A DNA stretch of 64,000 bases from an uncultured Chloroflexia bacterium (GTDB lineage: Bacteria; Chloroflexota; Limnocylindria; Limnocylindrales; CSP1-4). The DNA is taken from positions 128,001-192,000 of the forward strand of contig CAWHXD010000006.1 in NCBI GenBank assembly GCA_963833225.1. The letters run 5' to 3'. Each line of letters opens with the position of its first letter. The stretch's first letter is position 1. Shown piece after piece: positions 55,293 through 64,000 of this stretch. A program made the position numbers and the translations under genes. The notes beneath the pieces were generated by a model that worked only from the letters and a program-made list of their open reading frames with translations, was not told where the DNA came from and made no database searches.

Positions 55293-56804
55293 GTGCCGTC
55301 CTCGCCGCGAGCCACCGAGACAACCCGTCGCCCGTCCGGCGCCTCCGCTCCGGGAGGCGTGGTCACCCGGCGGCTCCCGTCGCTCGATGCCGTGCTGCCG
55401 ATGGATGCGGCCGAAGCCTTCCGCGACCTGCCCGGGCTGGCGCTGCTCGAGAGCGCGAGGCCCGGTCGCACCGGTCGTTGGAGCTACCTCAGCGCCGATC
55501 CCGTTTCGGTCGTGGACACGCCAGCGGAGGGACCGGATCCATTCGCGGAAGCTCGCGCGCTGCTGGTGCGGATGGACGGCGGATCGCCCTGGCCGTCGGG
55601 GGACCAGGGCGATCCCGTCACGCCGCCGTTCCTCGGTGGGCTGGTGGGGTTCCTCGGGTATGACCTCGGGCGCCGCTTCGAGCGGCTGCCATCGATCGCC
55701 CGGGTGGACCAGCACCTCCCGCTGCTGCGGCTCGCGCTCCACGACTGGACCATCGCCTGGGACCGGCGAACGGGACGGGCCTGGCTGGGTGTGCGGGCGG
55801 TTGACGGCGACGTCACCCGGGTGGCCAGGCGTGTAGGCCAGATCCTCGATCGGGTCGAGCGGTTCCTCGGCGGCTACCTGCCGGATCCCCGGCCGGTACC
55901 CGACTCGCGCTCGATCCCCGAGGCCGCGATCCCGACCTCGTTCCGCTCCGGGACCTCGCACCCGGCGTGGCTGGCGGGGGTGGACGCCGTCCGGGCAGCG
56001 ATCGGCCGGGGCGAGATCTACCAGGCGAACCTCACCCGGCGCCTGCTGGCGCCGTTCGCGGGGGACCCGTGGCCGCTGTTCCGGCGGCTCCGCACCGGGG
56101 ACCCGGCGCTGTTCTCGGGGTACCTGGACCTTGGCGCCTCCCCCGCCACCGGCGCCCCACGGGCGCTGCTGTCGGCGTCTCCCGAGCCGTACCTCTCGGT
56201 GGACGGCGACGGGAACGTGAGCACGGACCCGATCAAGGGAACCCGGCCCCGGGGCCGCAGTCGCGACGATGACCGGGCGCTGGCCCGCGAGCTGCTCGCC
56301 AGCCGCAAGGACCAGGCCGAGAACGTGATGATCGTGGACGTCCTGCGCAACGACCTGGGCCGGGTCTGCGAGCCGGGTTCCATCCGGGTGCCGCGGCTGC
56401 TGCGCCTGGAGCGGACCGCAGCGGTCCAGCACCTGGTCACGACCGTGACGGGGCGCCTTCGGCCGGACCGCGACGCGTTCGAGCTCCTCGCGGCGGCGTT
56501 TCCCGGCGGATCGATCACGGGTGCGCCGAAGATCCGCGCGATGGAGATCATCGAGGGGCTGGAGCCGGTGCGGCGCGGCCCCTATTGCGGCGCGATGTGC
56601 TGGATCGGTCCGGACGGGCGGCTCGGGTCGTCGATCCTCATCCGCACGTTCGTCGCGGACGGCGAGCGGCTCACCCTCCACGTCGGGGGCGGGATCACGT
56701 GGCGAAGCGACCCCCAGGACGAGTGGGACGAGACGGTCGCCAAGGCGAGTGGCCCCCTGTCGTCGATCGGGGCTGCCGAGGCACCCGGCGAGGTGGACCG
56801 ATGA
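55293..56804 (+). CDS. pabB: Aminodeoxychorismate synthase component I
   Basis: LLESA, GGLVGFLGYD, GEIYQANL, SPE, PIKGTRPR, AENVMIVD.LRND, FPGGSITGAPK; followed by class IV aminotransferase. Confidence 0.85.
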   Translation: MPSSPRATETTRRPSGASAPGGVVTRRLPSLDAVLPMDAAEAFRDLPGLALLESARPGRTGRWSYLSADPVSVVDTPAEGPDPFAEARALLVRMDGGSPWPSGDQGDPVTPPFLGGLVGFLGYDLGRRFERLPSIARVDQHLPLLRLALHDWTIAWDRRTGRAWLGVRAVDGDVTRVARRVGQILDRVERFLGGYLPDPRPVPDSRSIPEAAIPTSFRSGTSHPAWLAGVDAVRAAIGRGEIYQANLTRRLLAPFAGDPWPLFRRLRTGDPALFSGYLDLGASPATGAPRALLSASPEPYLSVDGDGNVSTDPIKGTRPRGRSRDDDRALARELLASRKDQAENVMIVDVLRNDLGRVCEPGSIRVPRLLRLERTAAVQHLVTTVTGRLRPDRDAFELLAAAFPGGSITGAPKIRAMEIIEGLEPVRRGPYCGAMCWIGPDGRLGSSILIRTFVADGERLTLHVGGGITWRSDPQDEWDETVAKASGPLSSIGAAEAPGEVDR

Positions 56805-57715
56805 GCGACCGGATGCCACGGTTCGTGTGGGTCGACGGTGCGGTCCGCCCGGCGGAGGACCTCCACCTGTCCGCGTTCGACCGGGGGTTCCAGCTCGGGG
56901 ACGCGCTGTTCGAGACGCTCCGGGCGCGCGCCGGCCACGTGACCGAGCTTGCCGAGCATTGCGCGAGGCTCCACCGATCGGCGGATGGGCTGGGCATCGC
57001 GCTGCCGGCCGACATCGACGCTCGCCTGGCTCGAGGGATCGGCGACCTGCTTGCGGCGGAGGGCCTTGACGGGCCTGGCGGCGATGCGTCCGTGCGGGTC
57101 ACCGTCTCGCGCGGTGCGTGGAGCTCACGCGGGCTGCTGCCCCCCTCCTCGGTGCACCTGGAACCCACCATCGTGATCCAGGTGTGGCCCGTGACGCCGG
57201 CGCCGGCCGATCACCTCGAGCGGGGCCTGTCGCTGGTGGCGTCCGTGATCCGGCGTGACCCGTCCAACCCGCTCCTGGCCCTCAAGACCACCTCCAGGGT
57301 GGACTATGTCTTCGCCCGCCTCGAGGCTCGCCGTGCCGGTGCCGAGGACGCGGTGTTCCTGACGTCGTCCGGCCATCTCTCCGAGTGCACCACCGCGAAC
57401 ATCTTCCTGGTTCGCACGGCCCTCGACGGCGCGATGGAGCTGGCAACCCCGGACCTCGCCTGCGGCATCCTGCCGGGCACGACCCGCTCCTGGCTGCTGC
57501 ACTGGGCGGACGGGGTCGGCCTGCGCCCCGTCGAGGGCTGGCTCACCCCGGACGAGCTCGCCGCGGCCGCCGAGGCGTTCATGTCCTCGTCGGTGGCCGG
57601 CGTGCTGCCGATCACGCGATTCAACGGGCACCCCATCGGTGACGGTCGGCCGGGCCCCTGGACGCTGCGGGCGCGGGCCGACCGCGAGGCGGTGTTCGGG
57701 GCCGGAAAGACGTAG
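56801..57715 (+). CDS. Aminotransferase class IV (probable ADC lyase, PabC-like)
   Basis: DRGFQLGDALFET, H..RL, LKT, E.TTANIF, GILPGTTR, EAF..SS. Confidence 0.85.
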   Translation: MSDRMPRFVWVDGAVRPAEDLHLSAFDRGFQLGDALFETLRARAGHVTELAEHCARLHRSADGLGIALPADIDARLARGIGDLLAAEGLDGPGGDASVRVTVSRGAWSSRGLLPPSSVHLEPTIVIQVWPVTPAPADHLERGLSLVASVIRRDPSNPLLALKTTSRVDYVFARLEARRAGAEDAVFLTSSGHLSECTTANIFLVRTALDGAMELATPDLACGILPGTTRSWLLHWADGVGLRPVEGWLTPDELAAAAEAFMSSSVAGVLPITRFNGHPIGDGRPGPWTLRARADREAVFGAGKT

Positions 57716-57982
57716 CCGCCGGCGGTGATGGCAGCGACACCCCGGCCGTTGCCAGCCAGTCACCGGATTCGCCCCGATGGGCCTCCGGACGGCGGAATCG
57801 TGGACCGGCAGACGACATTTCCGGCGGCGTGCGGCAAACCGCTGCCTCCGGGACAACGGTCTCGCCGCACGCGTGATGAGGGAGGCAGAATCGTGGACTC
57901 GGGGTCAACGGCTCCGCGACGAGGTGTAGTCGCCGCCAACGCGACGGCGGCTGAGCCGGGAGACCCGACCTACACTGGATCG

Positions 57983-58477
57983 ATGACGCGCGACGAGCTG
58001 ATCCTCCGCACCCGCCAGCTCATCGCCGAGGGCGAACGGCTCGAGGCGGACCCGTCGCTCACGGCGCTCCAGACCTGGCTCCAGCTGTCCGACGACCTGC
58101 TCGCCACGGCGTGGGGGTCGATGGATCGATACCACCTGGCGTGGCTGATGGTGGGCAAGCCCAAGGGGATCGTCCGCGGGCGTCCGATGACCGCCGAGGA
58201 GGAGTCGACCTACGTCCGGGAGGTCGCGGGCCAGAAGACGGCCGCGCTCCGGATGAGCCTCGATGCGGTGGAGCGCCAGGGCATGCCATACCGTGGCGAG
58301 ACCGGGGGGGTCGGCGCAGGTCAGGGTATGGGCCAGGTGCCCGCGAGCGGCGTCGGCCGGTCGATCCCCCTGGACCCCGCGCTGCAGGCGCGCCTGGACG
58401 AGGCCCGCCGCACCGCAGCCGAGCACCCCGCTCACGGCGAGCGGCGTGCCCCTCGACCGGAGCGACTCCAGCGGTAG
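57983..58477 (+). CDS. Hypothetical protein
   Basis: TACACT 6 nt before ATG; helical, coding-like ORF. Confidence 0.65.
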   Translation: MTRDELILRTRQLIAEGERLEADPSLTALQTWLQLSDDLLATAWGSMDRYHLAWLMVGKPKGIVRGRPMTAEEESTYVREVAGQKTAALRMSLDAVERQGMPYRGETGGVGAGQGMGQVPASGVGRSIPLDPALQARLDEARRTAAEHPAHGERRAPRPERLQR

Positions 58478-58513
58478 GCCCCGGCCCCGATGAGCACCGG
58501 GCGGCCGCGATCG

Positions 58514-58990
58514 TCAGCGGGCACGCGCGGCGCCCACCACAGCGGCGACCACGACCGACAGCGGTCCCCACAGCCCATACCGCTGCGCGACGTACTCGAG
58601 CGGGCCCAGCACGCCGCCCTGCGTCAGCGCGTATCCCCAGTCGATGGCGATCGCAAGCACGATCGCCCATGCCGCCAGCGACGCCGCCAGGGCGATGCGT
58701 CGCTGCCCCCTGGCGATGGTGTCATGGCCCCACCAGATCACAGCAACGCCGATGACCCAGCCGAGGAAGGCGGCGACGGCCAGCAGCCCGACACCCAGGT
58801 CCAGCAGCCCGATCAGGAAGAACGCCACGGCGCCTGCGTCCGCGACCACGAGGACGGCGACGATCGCTCGCGTCCTGGGGTTGCTCGCCGCCCCGTCTGG
58901 CGCCGCATCCCTGCCTGGTGCCGCCCGGTACCGCTCGCCGGGCGCCCGGTCCAGGCGCCGTCGCTCACCCCCGTCCTGCTGCTCGCTCAT
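58514..58990 (-). CDS. Hypothetical membrane protein (4 TM)
   Basis: Hydrophobic segments; TAGCAT 6 nt before ATG. Confidence 0.7.
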   Translation of the reverse strand: MSEQQDGGERRRLDRAPGERYRAAPGRDAAPDGAASNPRTRAIVAVLVVADAGAVAFFLIGLLDLGVGLLAVAAFLGWVIGVAVIWWGHDTIARGQRRIALAASLAAWAIVLAIAIDWGYALTQGGVLGPLEYVAQRYGLWGPLSVVVAAVVGAARAR

Positions 58991-59038
58991 CCCGACATGC
59001 TACGCATTGTGGCGTCCGGGGCGGTATCCTTCGGCACC

Positions 59039-59521
59039 GTGAGCCATCCGTCGCTGGGCAAGCCGCCGCGCAGCCTGCAGGCCGGGTACCCGGACGCCGC
59101 CGCGCGACTTCGCGCCGGCCGCGCCGCCCTCGCCGTCCGCGCGCTCGAGGTTGCCGTGGACGCGGATCCGACGATGCGAACCCGATACGACGAGGCCGGA
59201 TTGCGCAACCTCCTCCGTGACGCCGAAGTTCATGTCGACCGCCTCGCCCTGTGCGTGGCCGCCGACGACAGCCAGTGGCTGGGGCACTTCGCGGACCAGA
59301 CGGCCACCGTCTTCCGCCGCCGCCGCGTCGGGATGGACGACGTCGTGCGGCTCATGGATGGGCTCCGGGCGGCCGTCCGCGGGGTGCTGTCCGCGGACGA
59401 GATGGTTCCCGCCGACGGGGCCATCGACGAGGCCGTGAAGGTCTACCACGCGTATCGCCGGCTGTCGGGCGATGCCCGCCGGAAGAACCGGATCCTCGAC
59501 GCCATCTACAAGGGCATCTGA
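59039..59521 (+). CDS. Hypothetical all-helical protein, possible globin/phycobiliprotein-like fold
   Basis: TATCCT 8 nt before GTG; RYDEAGLRNLLRDAEVHVDRLALCVAADD. Confidence 0.65.
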   Translation: MSHPSLGKPPRSLQAGYPDAAARLRAGRAALAVRALEVAVDADPTMRTRYDEAGLRNLLRDAEVHVDRLALCVAADDSQWLGHFADQTATVFRRRRVGMDDVVRLMDGLRAAVRGVLSADEMVPADGAIDEAVKVYHAYRRLSGDARRKNRILDAIYKGI

Positions 59522-59523
59522 CG

Positions 59524-59853
59524 ATGACGATCAAGTGGGTCCAGATCGACCCGCTCGTGATGAACGGCGAGCCCTTCTGCTATGGATCGCGCCTCACCGT
59601 CCGACAGGTCCTTGAGCTGCGGCGCAACGGCTACACCCTCGTGGACCTGCTCAAGGACCACCCGGAGCTCAAGGTGATGGGCATCGCAGAGGCGTACGCG
59701 TTCGCGGGCGCGAACCGCGCTCGATACGCGGAGTTCTTCGAGGCCGATGGTTCGCTGGTGGGACCCGGCTACACGGATGCCGAGTCCGCCCCGCTGCCCG
59801 AGCGCCTGCACATCCCGGGCATCGTGGTCAAGGGGGACGCGGTCCGCGCCTGA
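59524..59853 (+). CDS. DUF433 domain protein
   Basis: IDPLVMNGEP...GSRLTVRQVL...G....LL.DHPEL. Confidence 0.8.
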   Translation: MTIKWVQIDPLVMNGEPFCYGSRLTVRQVLELRRNGYTLVDLLKDHPELKVMGIAEAYAFAGANRARYAEFFEADGSLVGPGYTDAESAPLPERLHIPGIVVKGDAVRA

Positions 59854-59893
59854 GCGCGCCCTTCGGCTGCGGGGTGCTGGGCCAGGCGTGGCC

Positions 59894-60388
59894 TCAGGCG
59901 TTCGCGGCGATCGCCTTGGGCGAGTCATGCGGCCCCGACACCAGGACCTCGGCCTGCTGATCCTCGGTGCCCGGTGACCGGACCAGGTAGCTGTGGTGGA
60001 TCACCAGCTCACCCGAGGCGAGCGTCGAGCCCACGGCGCAGTACTTGGTGGCCGACAGCTCGATCGAACGGGCGACGGCCGCGACGTCGATCCCATCGCC
60101 GTCCACCACGTGGACCACGTCGAAGCGGGTGAAGTTGTTGGGATGCGCCTCGACCTGCTCACCGCTCACACGCAGCTCGTAGCGCGTGACCGGCTGGCGC
60201 TTCTTGCGCAGGATCGAGATCACGTCCATGGCCGTGCAGCCGGCCAGGGCGACGCCGACCAGCTCGGACGGGCGGGCCCCGGTGTCGCTCTCGCCGTTGT
60301 CCATGACGATCGTGTGGCCGCTGCCGACCACGGCCTCGAACCGCATGTCGTCGTTGGTCAGGAGAAGCGTGGCGGTCTTGGTGCTCAT
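59894..60388 (-). CDS. OsmC family protein (YhfA-like)
   Basis: G.RPSEL...LAGCTAMDVISILRK, S..KYC.V. Confidence 0.88.
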   Translation of the reverse strand: MSTKTATLLLTNDDMRFEAVVGSGHTIVMDNGESDTGARPSELVGVALAGCTAMDVISILRKKRQPVTRYELRVSGEQVEAHPNNFTRFDVVHVVDGDGIDVAAVARSIELSATKYCAVGSTLASGELVIHHSYLVRSPGTEDQQAEVLVSGPHDSPKAIAANA

Positions 60389-60810
60389 GCGGCGGACTCC
60401 GTGACGGGGAACTGTGACGCGACGACGCCGATGGCACGGACGAGGCGGGCCCGAACGTCGCCGGCCACCTCGTCGACGCGGGGATCGCCAACCAGCCCGA
60501 GGACCGCCTGGGGATCCATCGCCTCGACCACGACCGAGTCACCGTCGGCGCGGACGACGACGTTGCAGGGCAGGAGGGCGCCGATCGCCGGATCGGTCGT
60601 CAGCGCGCGGTGCGCGAGCGGCGGGTTGCAGGCCCCGAGAATGACGTACGGGGTGAGATCCACGTCCAGCCGGGCCTTCATGGTCGCGGCAACGTCGATC
60701 TCGGTGAGCACGCCGAAACCCTCCGTCCGGAGCGCGGCGACCGTGCCTTCCCGGATGTCGGCGAAGGCACCGGCGACGCGGGCGCCAAACGAATAGCGGG
60801 CGTCGAACAT
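60385..60810 (-). CDS. DUF302 domain protein
   Basis: EGFGVLTEIDV, YVILGACNPPLA, IGALLPCNVVV; GAGGGAG SD. Confidence 0.88.
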   Translation of the reverse strand: MFDARYSFGARVAGAFADIREGTVAALRTEGFGVLTEIDVAATMKARLDVDLTPYVILGACNPPLAHRALTTDPAIGALLPCNVVVRADGDSVVVEAMDPQAVLGLVGDPRVDEVAGDVRARLVRAIGVVASQFPVTESAA

Positions 60811-60850
60811 GATCTCCCTCTGTGGCATGGGCTCGTATGGTGCCACTTGT

Positions 60851-60866
60851 TTGCGTAATTGCGCAA
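60851..60866. promoter_or_regulatory. Palindromic operator candidate in divergent promoter region
   Basis: TTGCGTAATTGCGCAA, 14/16 palindromic and AT-rich in a GC-rich genome. Confidence 0.5.
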
Positions 60867-60944
60867 GTAGGCGAACGGCCCTGTGACCCCGGTCCTGGCG
60901 GCCCGTTCTGCCATACCCGAGTCCGGTGGTAGGATTTCCCGGCG

Positions 60945-61286
60945 ATGACCGATACCCAACCCTCGACCGAGCCTGCAGTCCAGCCCGCCGACGCCGCGTT
61001 TGACGCCCAGCGCCGCGCGACCGAGCTCGCCATCCTCGACGCGCTGCGCGCCGTGGTGGACCCGGAGATCGGGATGAACGTGGTGGAGCTTGCGCTGATC
61101 AGGCAGATCATCCTCGGCCCCGATTCGACCGAGGTGAAGATGATCCTGACCACGCCCTTCTGCCCCTATGCCGGCGCCATGATCCAGCAGGTAAAGGAGC
61201 AGGCCGAGAGCGTCGTGGACCACCCCGTCAAGGTCACCCTGCTGGCGGAGCGCTGGGACCCGCGCGACGCCGGCCTGATGTGGTGA
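60945..61286 (+). CDS. Metal-sulfur cluster assembly factor (DUF59/SufT-like)
   Basis: ALRAVVDPEIGMNVVELALI, MILTTPFCP. Confidence 0.88.
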   Translation: MTDTQPSTEPAVQPADAAFDAQRRATELAILDALRAVVDPEIGMNVVELALIRQIILGPDSTEVKMILTTPFCPYAGAMIQQVKEQAESVVDHPVKVTLLAERWDPRDAGLMW

Positions 61287-61963
61287 GCGATCCACGAATC
61301 GACTACGAGAGCGCCGTCGCGACCGGTCGGGGAGATGACGGCACCACCGCGCTGCTGTTCGGCGGCGACCGGGTCAACAAGGATGACCTTCGAACCGAGG
61401 CGTATGGGGCCGTGGACGAGGCCGTCGCTGCCCTTGGTCTCGCGCGCGCCGAGCTGTCCGCGATGGCCCAGTCCGGGACGCTGACGCCCTACCTCGGGCG
61501 CCTCAACGAGCTCGTCCTGCGCATCCAGCGCGAGCTGTTCGTGGTGGGGGCCGAGCTGGCGACCAACCCCGAGGCGCGGGCCAAGGCGCGCGACGATGTG
61601 ACCCGTGTCTCGCAGCAGATGCTCGAGGGCATGGACGAGATGCTCCGCGAGATCGAAGCCCAGATCGTCCTCCCCAAGGAGTTCGTGGTCCCGGGCGAGA
61701 CGCGGCTGTCGGCCGGCCTCGAGATGGGGCGGACGGTCCTGCGGCGTGCCGAGCGGCGTGCCGTGACGCTGTCGCTCAACGATGAGGGGCTCGCCGACAG
61801 CCGGCTCCTCTCGTACCTCAACCGACTGGCCGACCTGCTGTGGGTCCTGGCCCGGGCGGCCGAGCAGGCGGAGGCGCACGCATCGACGGTCGCCCGCCCC
61901 GACCGGCGAGCCACCGGTGCCACAGCGGGTGCGGCAGCCTCACCCGAGCGGGACAACCACTGA
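61283..61963 (+). CDS. ATP:cob(I)alamin adenosyltransferase, PduO type
   Basis: TGRGDDGTT.L, RV.K...R.EAYG.VDE, IQRELF.VGAELA, FVVPG, RRAER, YLNRLADLL. Confidence 0.92.
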   Translation: MSDPRIDYESAVATGRGDDGTTALLFGGDRVNKDDLRTEAYGAVDEAVAALGLARAELSAMAQSGTLTPYLGRLNELVLRIQRELFVVGAELATNPEARAKARDDVTRVSQQMLEGMDEMLREIEAQIVLPKEFVVPGETRLSAGLEMGRTVLRRAERRAVTLSLNDEGLADSRLLSYLNRLADLLWVLARAAEQAEAHASTVARPDRRATGATAGAAASPERDNH

Positions 61964-61999
61964 GCGGAACCCCGGGACACCCGGAACCCCCGGAACCCC

Positions 62000-64000
62000 T
62001 TACGCGCCCCCGATGCCCGGCGCCGGCGCTCGCGTCTCCAGCACCGCCGGCGCGCCAAGTGACGCGGCCAGGAGCGCCTCAATGCCGGCGCCCGGGAGCG
62101 GGCGCGAGAACAGATAACCCTGTCCGCGGTCGCATGCGAGCTCGCGCAGCGACGCCAGCTGCGTGTCGGTCTCGATCCCCTCGGCAACCACGTCCATCCC
62201 GAGCCCGTGCGCGAGCGCGACAACGGCCTGCACGATCGGCGTGGACTCGAGCTCCGTGCCGAGCCCGGACACGAATGAGCGGTCCACCTTGATCGTGTCG
62301 AGCGGCAGCTGGAGCAGGTACGACAGGGACGAGTAGCCGGTTCCGAAATCGTCGAGCGCCAGCCTCACCCCAAGGGCGCGCAGTCCACGGAGTCGCTCCA
62401 CCGACGCCTCCGTCTGGTCCATGACCACGCTCTCGGTGATCTCCAGCTCGAGGCACCCGGGGTCCAGGGCGGCGTGGTCCAGGATCATGGCCACGGTCGC
62501 GATGAGGCCGGACTCCGCGAACTGGCGGGCTGACAGGTTGACCGACATGGACAGGCCGGCCGCGGTCGGGAACCGCCGCTGCCACTCGCGAAGCTGGTCA
62601 CAGGCCGTCTCCAGCACCCAGCGCCCGATCGGGAGGATGAGGCCCGTGTCCTCGGCAAGCGGGATGAACGAGAGCGGCGGCATCATCCCGCGCGTGGGAT
62701 GCTCCCAGCGCAGCAGCGCTTCCATGCCCCGGATCTCACCCGTCTCCAGGCTGACCAGCGGCTGATACTGGAGCCGCAGCTCCGACCGCTCGATGGCCCG
62801 GTGCAGGTCGTGCTCCAGCGTCGTCCGCTCCAGCATCTGGGCGTGCATCTCGGGGTCGAACAGGATGGTCGTCCGGACCGGGTCCGACTTCGCGCGATGC
62901 AGGGCGATCTCCGCCTGCTTGAGGAGCTCGAACGGGTGCCCGAGGGCGGGGCTGCCAACCGCGATGCCCATGCTGGCGCCGACGGAGATGTCATCGCCGC
63001 CGAGATCGAACGGCTCCGCGATCGCTGCCTCGATGCGCCCCGCCACCCGCTCCGCCTCGCGCGCGCTTCGTACCCGCCCCAGCAGGATCCCGAACTCGTC
63101 CGACCCCAGCCGCGCGACCGTGTCGGTGGTGCGTGCGGCCACCTCCAGCCGCCGGCCGACCTCCGCGAGCAGCTGGTCTCCGGCCGCATGCCCGAGACTC
63201 TCGTTGACGACCTTGAACCGGTCCAGATCGAGCAGGATGAGCGCGATCCGGCCTGGCGACACGCGGCGCCGGCCCTGGTCGCGCTCGTCGAGGTCCACCA
63301 GCTCCGCGAGGCGGTTGAGGAGCAGGGTCCGGTTGGGGAGCCCGGTGAGCGAATCGTGCAGGGCTGCGTGCGCCCGCTGGCGGACCTCGGTCTGGGCCCG
63401 TTCGAAGAGGCGGGCATTGTCCAGCGCGATCGAGGCAAGCTGCGCGAACCGGGCCAGCGTTTCGACCTCGCGCTGGCTGAACGGCCGGGACGCGTCGCCC
63501 GACGCCAGTCCGATCAGGCCCAGCACCTCACCCCCCGACGTCAGCGGCACCGCGCAGACCGCCCCGAACACCTCGGACGGAAGGTCCGGCGAGCGGTCGG
63601 GGTAGGCGGCATAGTCGTCCACCACCACCGGCTGGCCGCTGCGGACCACGGCCCAGCCCACTCCGGCCCCGGCCGGTAGGCGGTACCCGTCGTATTCCGC
63701 GAAGTTGCCGATGCCAACGCGAGCCACGAGATCCAGCCCACCGTCGGGTTCCAGGCCTTCCTCGAGGAGATAGAGAAAGCCGTGGGCGACGCCCACCAGC
63801 CCGGCGGCCCGCCGGACGATCTCTGCCAGCAGCTCACGGGGCTCGAGTCGCTCCAGCAGCCGGAGCGTGGTCTCGTCGACGGCGGCGAGGTAGAGGTCGC
63901 GGGTCGGGTCCTCTCGGGACAGCCGGGCGCGACCAGACGGCTTGGCGAGATACAGGGCTTGGTCGGCGACCGCGACGAGCGCATCCTTGTCCTGCGCGTC
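62000..64000 (-). CDS. GGDEF-GAF-GGDEF(GSDEF)-EAL signalling protein, 5' end beyond window
   Basis: Open frame from 64000: ADQALYLAKPSGR (GGDEF C-terminus), GAF, HDSLTGLPNR..DLDRFK..RLGSDEF, EALLRW, DDFGTGYSS. Confidence 0.9.
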   Translation of the reverse strand, partial: DAQDKDALVAVADQALYLAKPSGRARLSREDPTRDLYLAAVDETTLRLLERLEPRELLAEIVRRAAGLVGVAHGFLYLLEEGLEPDGGLDLVARVGIGNFAEYDGYRLPAGAGVGWAVVRSGQPVVVDDYAAYPDRSPDLPSEVFGAVCAVPLTSGGEVLGLIGLASGDASRPFSQREVETLARFAQLASIALDNARLFERAQTEVRQRAHAALHDSLTGLPNRTLLLNRLAELVDLDERDQGRRRVSPGRIALILLDLDRFKVVNESLGHAAGDQLLAEVGRRLEVAARTTDTVARLGSDEFGILLGRVRSAREAERVAGRIEAAIAEPFDLGGDDISVGASMGIAVGSPALGHPFELLKQAEIALHRAKSDPVRTTILFDPEMHAQMLERTTLEHDLHRAIERSELRLQYQPLVSLETGEIRGMEALLRWEHPTRGMMPPLSFIPLAEDTGLILPIGRWVLETACDQLREWQRRFPTAAGLSMSVNLSARQFAESGLIATVAMILDHAALDPGCLELEITESVVMDQTEASVERLRGLRALGVRLALDDFGTGYSSLSYLLQLPLDTIKVDRSFVSGLGTELESTPIVQAVVALAHGLGMDVVAEGIETDTQLASLRELACDRGQGYLFSRPLPGAGIEALLAASLGAPAVLETRAPAPGIGGA

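Noticed and set aside
57830-57870. c-di-GMP-I riboswitch (GGCAAACC...GGGAC)
   Set aside because: Lacks the GAAA tetraloop stem and GCAAAGC/P3 elements.

Overview
GC-rich bacterial chromosomal window, probably origin-proximal (perfect parS beside parA-parB-gyrB). The gene styles suggest a monoderm such as Chloroflexota (inference only). From left to right it contains: prfB 5' end with programmed frameshift, a small Cys-rich ORF, ydcF-like, secA, prs, gyrA, AlkD-like, thioesterase, gyrB, parB, parA, parS, mreD-mrdA-rodA, CPA2 antiporter, J-domain protein, DUF2344-like gene interrupted by an intact ISLre2-like IS (9-bp TSD), rplU-rpmA-rpmE, a 1728-aa secreted C25-like protease with a (SGSGF)n tract next to a tandem-cyclase STAND/TPR protein, an SdpR/SdpI/PLDc_N-ABC operon, SDR, ribokinase, an MsrQ-like + two coiled-coil proteins + ApbE flavinylation operon, a Zn/Mn ABC operon with Fur-family regulator and box, DsbA-VKOR, MMPL-AttH, KamA followed by a 51-bp tandem repeat, DUF2161, DmpA, pabB/pabC, small genes, SufT-like, PduO and a partial GGDEF-GAF-GGDEF-EAL gene. 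Clustered indels at ~3.5-7.6 kb (secA, prs, gyrA) and ~31.6 kb look like sequencing errors. Best novelty candidates: the coiled-coil flavinylation operon and the SGSGF-repeat protease/atypical cyclase pair. All family calls come from motif recognition by eye; no database searches were run.
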